Positions 53,908-64,000 of a stretch of DNA of 64,000 nucleotides are shown here, piece after piece. Origin of the DNA: Blastocystis sp. Blastoise (Eukaryota; Protista; Bigyra: Opalinata); the NCBI GenBank assembly GCA_039096225.1, contig JBBPEB010000015.1:1550001-1614000 (forward strand). Direction: 5' to 3'. Below the pieces are notes generated by a model. It was not told where the DNA came from. It did not search any database and saw nothing but the letters and a program-made list of their open reading frames with translations. The translations under genes were made by a program, and so were the position numbers. The first letter of the stretch is position 1; each line of letters opens with the position of its first letter.

Positions 53908-54698
53908 ATGGATTCTTTCTCTGAACAACAGTTGAATATGACAAGCAGTGAAATGCTTTTTGTTTCATTTATTGTGTTGTCGTGTGTATTTATTATTGGT
54001 CTTTTTATATACTATATTGTCCCTCGAAAAACAACAGAACAAACAGAGATTATTAAACATCCTACTGTTGTTGTTTGCACAAAAAATGTTCTATTAACAC
54101 CAAATAATGTGAACGAATGGAAATATAATTCTCTTCAAGTGGACTCACTCAAAAGATATTTACCTTACATTGACCTGTATACTATATTATAGAAATTATC
54201 TCTTTATTTTTTTTTTATATTTTCTAAAATGAAACTTTTTCTGATTTTATTTTATTGTTTGATCTATCTCATTATTCATTATTAGATATATTATTACACA
54301 AGTTGATGATCAGAAGGAGATGGACTCTATAAAGTCTTTACTACTTATAGGTGGAATATGTGGAGGAACAGAACAAGAATATCAAATTCGTGAAACAGTA
54401 TGCATTCTTATTCATATCTTTTAACAACAAATATTGATTCTATTAAGAGAAACTATTATCCCATTGCTCTACTAATGCGTTATATTTATATAAATAACTT
54501 ATCTTTTTTTTTTTATAGAGATTATTATTTTGTCAAACTGATAAAGGTGTTTACTCATTCACAAGACAGCTAAATGCTGATTTCTTCTTTGATTCAAATG
54601 AAACACATCTTAATGATTTGAAAAGATTTGTGAAAAATACTGTTGACTGTAATGGAAGAGAAGGTTTTGATGAATTAAATTCATGCTTACCAAATTAA
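53908..54698 (+). CDS. PEX22: PEX22-like peroxin (plant/protist type), 3 exons
   Basis: N-terminal TM segment. The spliced DLYIITQVDD and RLLFCQTDKGVYSFTRQLNADFFFDSN...LKRFV match the plant-type Pex22 pattern as recalled. Confidence 0.65.
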
Positions 54699-55646
54699 GA
54701 ACTCATGGACTCTTTTTTTTTTTCTCATATTTGCTGTTTTCTGTACTATTTGTTAGTTGCTCCTTCATAATACTTCTGTCTCATATATAGATGTAGTTTT
54801 ACTATTATTATGCTATTGTTTATTTTTTCTAGTTTTTGTGCACATCATTAGTTGACTATTTTTTTTAAATATAAATCTTTTTTTTTGACGATCCTATGTA
54901 ATTTAAATATGTTTTCCGATATTGTCATTACTTAAATTTGTAAAAAATATAAAATGCACTTGAGAAACTTGTCATTATTATTCGATATTATTTTCATTTC
55001 ATAAATATATTTAATTAAACATTATTCAGTGTGAACACCAGTATATTCCAGGACAATTATAACAGCCTTGAAACACTTCATGGGTATCAAATAAATTATT
55101 ATGATTTCATAAGCAATTATTCATAGCAATGAGTGATCTATTAGCACTTCCTTACTATGTTAGAGAAAAAAAGTAAAAAAAAAGCGATGCAAACGTGAGG
55201 TAATCTCAATTTGGGGCTGGATATATGACGCAAATGAATGAAAATTTTTTGTAGCCATTAAAGTGATTCCTTTTGTAATTCCAAGAGTTTTCCCCCAGAG
55301 CCAGACTCTTCGTATTGATTGGCTAACTTTATGAATAACCAATAAAATGCGATTATTCTCTTCTATTTGACAAATAATTTTCGATTGTATGTACTCTTAA
55401 TTCAAAAATAACCAAAGAAAGGCTTATATCACGGAAAAAAAATGGATATGAAGAATAATATTGGTTATTCTGGAAAAGAAAGGAGAAAAAATAAAATAAT
55501 TATAAATTTATCATTTAAAAGATTTCATTTGACTGACATGTCTATGGTAATTATCCTGACTCTTCTTCCTTATTATTTTTTTAATTTTTTACTATTGTCT
55601 TTCAATGAAATTCACAGCGGATTATCAATCTACCTTATACAATAAT

Positions 55647-56182
55647 ATGGAAACATGTATGTACCTATATATGTTTTTTCTTTATATTTGATATGAGATA
55701 CAGTTTACTAAAATGTTAATTCTATCTAGGGAAGATCGAGGAAACACCTAAGTCACCTAAGAGAGAATCAAAGGTTTTATATATTGCTAACTTACCAAAG
55801 TCAATGACAACAAACTTATTGGAACGTGTCATGTCTGCCTATGGTCAAGTTGAACGATCCCTAATTTTACGTCCTAAAAATGAAGTATTTATTTTTCTGT
55901 TTGTTTTATATTTATTATTAATTTTATTTTCCTGTAGGCTTTATTAGAAATGAAAACTTTACATGATTCTCGCTCTCTCTTCCATAGAGCTAAGAAGAAT
56001 AATTTAGTTATTCAAGGAAACCTTATTGAAGTTTCTTTTAGTAAACATAAATCATTAGAAATGTTTGTTAATCAAGATCCTCCAAGTACAGTACTTCTTC
56101 TTACTGTTTGTACAACATCAGAACTTGAACTTGGTTTATGGGATTTAATTAATGTATGTTTTATTATTCTTATTTAATTATG

Positions 56183-56220
<38 letters not shown>

Positions 56221-57480
56221 TTTTGTTGTTAATTATCTTGAGTTTCTCTAATGAATATTTGTTTAATATAATTAATTCTTTATATATATAGTTTATACAA
56301 CAGTATGCTGATTTAGTAAGAATTCGTCTTTTTCAACATCATACATTAACTCAATGTTTAGCTCAATTCTCATCTCTTGAAGAATCTGTAGCTGCTAAGA
56401 ATCAACTATCTACTGTTTCTATGTCATTAAATAATAATATATATCGTTTTGAAGTTCAGTTTTCAAAGATGAAAAATTTATTTATATCTGAGAATGGTCC
56501 TTCTAGTTATATCGTAAATCCCTCCTTTGTTTCCAATCAAGAATTATTACCTTCTAGAAATGATACTAGTAGATATACAACATATATGTCTTCACAACCA
56601 ATTGTATATATATATATTATTTTATTTTTATTTATTATTTATGGTGTTTTTTATTATTAAATAATAATAATAATAAATATAATAAATATAATAATAAATA
56701 TAATAATAATAATAATATAATATCTATATTATATAGAGACATAGTATATCTAGTCCTATGTCATCTCCTTATTCTTCTCCTTATGATGCTACTCTTCCTG
56801 TTCGTTCTGATAGTCAAGATTATTCATATAATACTTATTCTACAGGTCATTCGACACCTGTTCATTCTATTGTTCCTCTTTCTCCAGAACAACAATATAC
56901 ACCTTATTCTGATCTATATACATCCTCTACACGTATTCCATCACCTTCTATGAATACTATATATAGTAATAATAGTAGTATTAATTCTAATCCTATTTAT
57001 ACTCCTACTTCATCTTCTCCTCATCCTTCAGAATCTATTCATTCTAATCATGTTTCACCTCAATATACTAATCTATATTCATCCACAACTCAACATTACC
57101 GTGATTATCCTGTTGAAATTATAGATATGAATAATTCTTATTCAGAAGATGCTTATGCTTCTATTACTGAACCCTTTAATAATAACAATAGTAATAATAA
57201 TTATCCAATTCAATCTGATTATATATATAAACGTCCTCTTTCAGAGATGCCCCAAGAAATCTATTTACAAATCTGTGGATTATCATATATTCAAGATTTA
57301 ATGCCTTTGGATCAATTTATATATACTCAACAATTCTTTAAAGATTTTAAGTTATTTATACATAAAGGTGAATTATGTTTAAAAGGATATCCGCTTATTA
57401 GTGTAGAACAAATGAATTATGAATTACAATATATCACCTTTCAGAAAGAACATCTTTCTTTTATTCAATTACATCTTTAA
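55647..57480 (+). CDS. RRM protein of PTB/hnRNP-L type with a Ser/Pro/Tyr-rich tail
   Basis: SKVLYIANLP, YGQVERSLILRPKNEAFIEM, IEVSFSKHKSL, PSTVLLLTV, QCLAQFSS and EVQFSK. Confidence 0.8.
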
Positions 57481-60400
57481 ATAACATTAATTTTCTCCAT
57501 CTATATAGTATGTTATTTATAGTATGTACTCTATTGTGCTTTATGTTTTATTTTATTTTTTTTTTTAAATAGCTCATTTCATGTTTTTTTTTCTCAACGT
57601 CAATTTCATTATATATATTTTTATCATTCTTTAAAATTTAAAGATATATATATATATTAGCTTCTTTTTCATTTAATACTTTTTTTTTCTTACTAATTTT
57701 TTTTTTAATTAATATATAACATTATTTTATTAACATATATTTTTTTAAATTATGAATTTATTAACACTTTTTTAAATATTTTCTCTATATGCATATTTGT
57801 ATTTTAATTTAAAACTTTCATTTATTTATATGCTTAATTCGTTCTATATACTAATTAATAGATCTTTTCTTATTTCATTTTGCTTATATATATATATATT
57901 TAAATAGTATAATCGGATCTTTTTTATTTTATTACATTATTTTTAATAATTTAATAAAGTATAGAAATAGTTATATATATATATATATATATATATATGT
58001 CTTCTTCCTTATATATTCTTCAATATTATTAAAGACATACTTTTTCTTTACTTATTGTATTTATATTAGTATATATATATATTTATATATATATATAAAT
58101 TTAGAAGTTCTAATAATATCTAATTATATCTATCTACAAAACTTCTATATTTATTTATACAGCTATTTTTTTTAAATATAATTATATATATAATATATAT
58201 ATAATGGATTTATACCATTATTTTGTGTCTTTATTTTTTTATATACTATATATCATCATATATTCAAATACTTCTATATACATATATATATATATAACTT
58301 TATTAAAGAAATTTATTTTTTGTATACAAATATATATTGTAGATGATTCTTATTGTTCGCAATAATCCTATCTTATATCATCTCTTTCTCTATTTATATA
58401 TACTATTGTAATCTCATTATGCTGTTTATTTCTGATTCTTTTCTATGCTGTGCTATTATATATATATATAAAGTATTTGTTTTCATATAATTTTTAATGT
58501 AGTATACCTTTTATATAATATATATTTATATGCCTTCTTAATTCATATTATATATCTTTTATTTATAGTTTTCATAATTAAAATCACGTTTTTATATCTC
58601 CTCTATATGAATATTATTATATATATTAATTATTATATATAATATAATATTCATTATTGTTTAAATAGAAGAATTATATTTATATATAAGAATTATATAG
58701 ATGTTAGTATTAATTTTTTTTTTATATAGTATTATATTTGTATTTTTATTCTGATTTCATTTTTTTTCGTATATATATATATAAGTACTTAAATTATATA
58801 TTAAGAACATTTTGCTTATACAAAATATACTATATAAATATAGTATAATATATATATATAAACTCTAACTATATTTTTATATGTTTAAGTAATAATATCG
58901 TAGTTACTAAACATTTTTGTAGATATTTATACAACAATATGTATTTTCTCTACATATGTTTGTATATATACACCATATTTTATATATAGTTATTCATCAA
59001 TTTTTATATGATATATATCTATATATATTTTATTCTTATAAAACCCTTTGTGTATTATAATTCCTTTATTCAAACCCTCTTTCATTTCTTATAATATATA
59101 TTTATTGTTATTCTATATGTTTATATATTTATACTTATATCTCTTCGTTTTCTTCTTCTTTTTTTAAATTATTTCTTCTATTTATATGTATATTTTTTTT
59201 ATGTTTATTATTTTTCATTACTATTTTATATAATTAGGATCATTTGATATATATTTATATAATTGGCTATATATTTTTATTTACTTATATTTATACAGCT
59301 TATACTCTATAATATTATTATTATTATTATTATTATTTCTTTTTTTAAATTATTTGAATTATATAATTTCTTGTTCGTATAATTAAATATATATATATAT
59401 AATTGAATTTTTTATATTCATACAAAAACAATAAATAAACTATATCTCTATAGATTTTGATGCAGTTTTTATTTAAATTCTTATTTTTAATATGTTTATA
59501 TAGTTTATTTATTGCTTATTCTTATAAATATATTTATTATTCAATTATTTATATATAGATTTTTTATACTATTATATTCAAAGCTAATTTTATTTTTTAA
59601 TTAATTAATTATCTTATTATTATTCCTCTAACCTTTTAAAACTCAATAATATTTTATTATATATATCCTTTTCTTCTTTTTCATATATATATTTTTCTAC
59701 TTTTCTTCTTCACTATCTTCCTATCTCTCTCTCTCTCCTTAAGGCCTCCTTTTTATTCTAATAATTCTCAAACGTATTACTTGATACTATTCTTTTAAAT
59801 CTTATTTTTGAGGCAACTTTATTATCATTCTTTTATCTTAATTTGCATATTATCATATATATACATTTTTAAATTTTGTTTTCTTTGTTTTTAAATTGTT
59901 TAATAACGTTATCATTCTTTTATTTTTTTATTATTAAAACCTATCATTGTTTTTATTGTATATATTGTTATTTTATATATATATTTGTATGCTATTATTA
60001 TTTTTTTCTCTTCTGTTGTATGTCCATCAACATTCTTCTTTCTTATTTTAATATATATTGACTGTGTCACATATTATTATTATTATTTCCATGAATATCA
60101 ACACCATTTTATTTTTAGTTAAATAGAATAGTATTATATCATGCATCCATATTATTATTGTAGTCTTGATTATATTTATTTAAATATATTTATTTTTAAT
60201 TTCTCTCTCTATATATATAGTATTAATTTCAATCAAGAAATTCTAATCCTAGTTCTATATTTGTTACATATATAGAACATTAATTATTATTCTTATAAAT
60301 ATATAATCTCTAAGATTCATTTCTATTTGAATTAACATACTATTTTATGTATTTTATTATTACATAATTATTGTTGTTAGAAGTTCAAAATCATATTTTT

Positions 60401-61132
60401 TTTCTTATCGATTTATATATTTATTTCTATATAAATTATTAGATTTTTTTTTGTCTTTATTTATACTATACTATATATATCTTAAATATGTTTTTATTTA
60501 ATCTTCTTCCTCTCATTTGTATATTATTATTATTTTTATTTTTATATGTTAACACGGTCTTTATATTTATAATAACAATCATTCTTTGATAACGTCATTT
60601 TTTAAAATTTGTATATATATTTTATGATATGCCTGATATATATAATATTTAATACATATTATTCTTTCAATTCCTTCGAATTCTTTTTATAAAAAAAAAT
60701 ATTTCTTTCTACTATTTATAGATAAATTATTCGAACATTTATAAAAATAAAAATAAAAAAATCGTCTTCTTTTTTTAGTTTTGTTTTATTAAACATATTT
60801 TTTTTTTATTTTTTAATTATTAAACATAAAGACATTTTATATACAAATAATTGGATAAAAGAATAAAAAAAGCCAATCAAACAGACTAGAAATTATATAA
60901 GTGTTTTAGTAGTAATAAGAACTATTGTATTACATATTTAAGCCTCAATCATTTCTGATGATAGTCACTTTGTCGTATTAAGAAATAGGAAACACGACAA
61001 TTGATTCTTAAGAACAATCATGTCAACGATTCAGTTGGAAGCTACAGTATCTTCAGGATTATTGAAGAATATAATAAATTAAAGTTTTTGGCATTATTTT
61101 ATAAGTACTATTTTTGTAAGAAAATTTTGTTA

Positions 61133-62887
61133 ATGACAATTCGATCCAGAAATGTGATTTTACATGAGAGTAAACTCTCTCTTTTAGGTTTGTTTGTTAT
61201 GATGCATTTTGTATTGCCTGTTTCTATTTTATGTATGATATTCATCTTTATTAATAAGCCAGTTGTCCAAGTTATTCTTGTAATCAATTTAATTTTGATT
61301 ATATATCCTAATAAAGTATTTTATATGTATTTATGAAGTGTTTACATCAGAAGTAGAATACTGATTATAAATGAATTTGAATATATAGGAATGGCCAAGT
61401 TTTCGAAATGCCGTGTTTCAATTAATAAGTGGCTCTGTACCGTTTCATATTTACGGTGAAAAGAATATCCAAGAACTAATTGATAAAAATGCAAAGTATA
61501 TAAATATAATAAACTTTCATGATGAAATATGTATTTTTTGAAAAGTGATAAAAATATTTATTATTTGTTTAATATATATGTTATATATTATTCATTTATA
61601 TTTATTGTAGAGTTTTATTTTACTTGGAACCCCATGGAATAGTTCCTATAGGACCTTTATTCTTTGGGTTATACATAAATTATTTATTTCCTTCTATTTA
61701 TCCTCGTACTTGTGTAGCTAGTATTTTATTACGAATTCCTTTCTTCAGACAATTCTATTCATGGATTGGTATATATACTTGAATTCTATATATATTTATT
61801 TTATTTATTTATTTTTTAATAATTTAGGTTGTGTACCAGCCAATAAATGTACCATAGAAAATGTTATTAAAAATGAAAAAAGAAATATATGTAGGCTTTT
61901 ATTTGTTATTATATTAATTATTATTATTATTCTATTTATTATTATATATATATTTATTCTATTTATTGTTATTATTATATTAATTATTATTATATTTATT
62001 ATATATATTTATATTTATATTTATTCTATTTATTATGTTTAATATAATTCCTATACCCTTATTATACTATACTATAATTCCTATACCCTTATTATACTAT
62101 AATAACTATAGGTATTCTTCCTGGAGGAGTGGCTGAAATTTTTACTTCCAAGTATACTATTGTTTTGTTCTTTAGATGCTCTAATTATAGCCTATATTAA
62201 TATACAATTATATATATCTATATTATTTGTGTCATCATTATATAGTGTAGATAAAGAAGTATTATACATGAAAAAAAGAAAAGGTTTCATTAAAATCGCT
62301 TCTAAATACCATTTATATTTATGTCCTGTGTATAAATATATATTTATATTCATATTACTATTAATAATATATATGCATATAGGTATATATTTGGAAACAC
62401 ACAGTTATATGTTCATGATGTAAAACCAGGGACTATTATAGAACGGTATATATATATAATAGTGTTTTTCAATAATACTAATGATTATAAACTATTATTC
62501 ATTAATAATTATATATATTCTCCCTGAATAATAATTATTTTTTATATATAGACTCTCTCGATATCTTCGATCTCCTATTTTATATTTTTGGGGAAAAGGA
62601 GGTATTCCTTTTATTCCTTATAATACAACATTAACTGCTGTTATTGGTAAGCCATTTCGACTGAAATCTCATGATTATAAACAATTAGGATATGAAAAAG
62701 TATTCATTATTATTTTTATTAGTATTTGTTATTATTCTATTTATTTTATCTAATAATTCATATCATCATTGATTCCTTTTTATAGGCAATAGAAAAGTTG
62801 CACAAAATATCTATGCAAAAAATACAACAAATCTATAATAAATATAATGATAAATTACATTATAATAAACCATTAATTATAATATAA
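61133..62887 (+). CDS. DGAT2/MOGAT-family acyltransferase, multi-exon
   Basis: N-terminal TM segment, EPHGIVPIG, LLRIPFFRQ, GILPGGVAEIF, KRKGFIKIA, PVYIFG and VIGKP. Confidence 0.88.
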
Positions 62888-63193
62888 AAAATATAAATTT
62901 TACTATCAGTATTTCAAATATGTTTTTATTATAATTCATTATTATTATCTTGTTATGTTCTTTAATAAAATATATATTTCATGTAAAAAATATTCATGTA
63001 ATTATTATAATATGAACTGAGCATATAATAGAATGCATAATAATAACTCAACTTAAAATAAATAAACGAGAAACATATATATATATTTAACAAAAATTGA
63101 AAAAGAGAAAAATCCAAGTACTTATATATATATTGATAAATAATAACAAATTTATTAGACGTAAGTCAAGTATATAATAATGAGTATAATAAA

Positions 63194-63685
63194 TTATAGA
63201 GGATAACGATTGACGCCAATAGAATTGAGAGGGAATGTTGACGCGAAAGCAGGATATTCTGTAGTAGTCGACTGAGGAATTCCTCTTAACAACTCGTCAT
63301 CCTGTTTTTGTAATTCATCCAAATGTAAACGTATTTTTGATTTATGAACTCTTTCTCTATTTTCATACTCTTTCAGCTTGTTCTGAAGTTCTCGGTAAGC
63401 TCTCTCAACATTCTCCTTATAATTTTCAAATTCCCCATTCATTTTATTCAAACGACTTTCATAACTATATATATATATAAACGTAATAATTATATATATA
63501 TATATAAAAGTAATAATTACATATATATATATATACTCTCGTTGAATAGCCAGTCGTTTCTGTTCGTATTCGTCATGAATAGTGTCATATTGAGACTTGT
63601 AACGTTCTGCATTCTGATTGGCTGATAATAATTGTGATCTTAGTGACTATAAAAGTTGAATATATAATATTATTTATAAAAACAC

Positions 63686-63745
<60 letters not shown>

Positions 63746-63776
63746 TAAAAACAATATTGAAATGTTTCATTAATAA

Positions 63777-63818
<42 letters not shown>

Positions 63819-63876
63819 GTCAAATTGTTGTTGAATCTGTTGATATTTTGTTTGTAATAATTTATTAGAATCATTT

Positions 63877-63971
<95 letters not shown>

Positions 63972-64000
63972 TTCTGTAATCCTAATTAAAAAGTAATTTC
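63194..64000 (-). CDS. 3' exons of a coiled-coil protein (continues beyond the window)
   Basis: Terminal exon ...[25 protein letters not shown]...RYPL*, with further exon-like segments between (TA)n introns. Confidence 0.6.

Overview
Very AT-rich, intron-containing eukaryotic (probably protist) DNA. The introns are GT-AG and usually end in (TA)n-AG. The left ~36 kb is a set of nested mobile elements. A non-LTR retrotransposon with a restriction-like endonuclease (RT-RLE) is split exactly in-frame by a ~28.1-kb Helitron (3776-31894; 5' TC, 3' hairpin plus CTAG, intact RepHel). A second Helitron 3' end at 2372 cuts the same ORF further upstream. The large Helitron carries a gene built from 17 tandem 27-nt micro-exons (DSGSKLLTQ repeats) and a small 5-exon secreted-type gene. 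One intron of the micro-exon array is interrupted by a ~15.7-kb element with Mutator-like terminal inverted repeats. Three diverged copies of a non-canonical tRNA-like cloverleaf with compensatory stem changes lie inside these elements. The right ~27 kb is ordinary gene-dense host sequence: HMG-box protein, proteasome beta-4, TAF1C/Rrn6-like, ML-domain, EF-hand, DBP9/DDX56, PEX22-like, PTB/hnRNP-L-like and DGAT2-family genes. All calls come from reading the sequence by eye; no searches were run.
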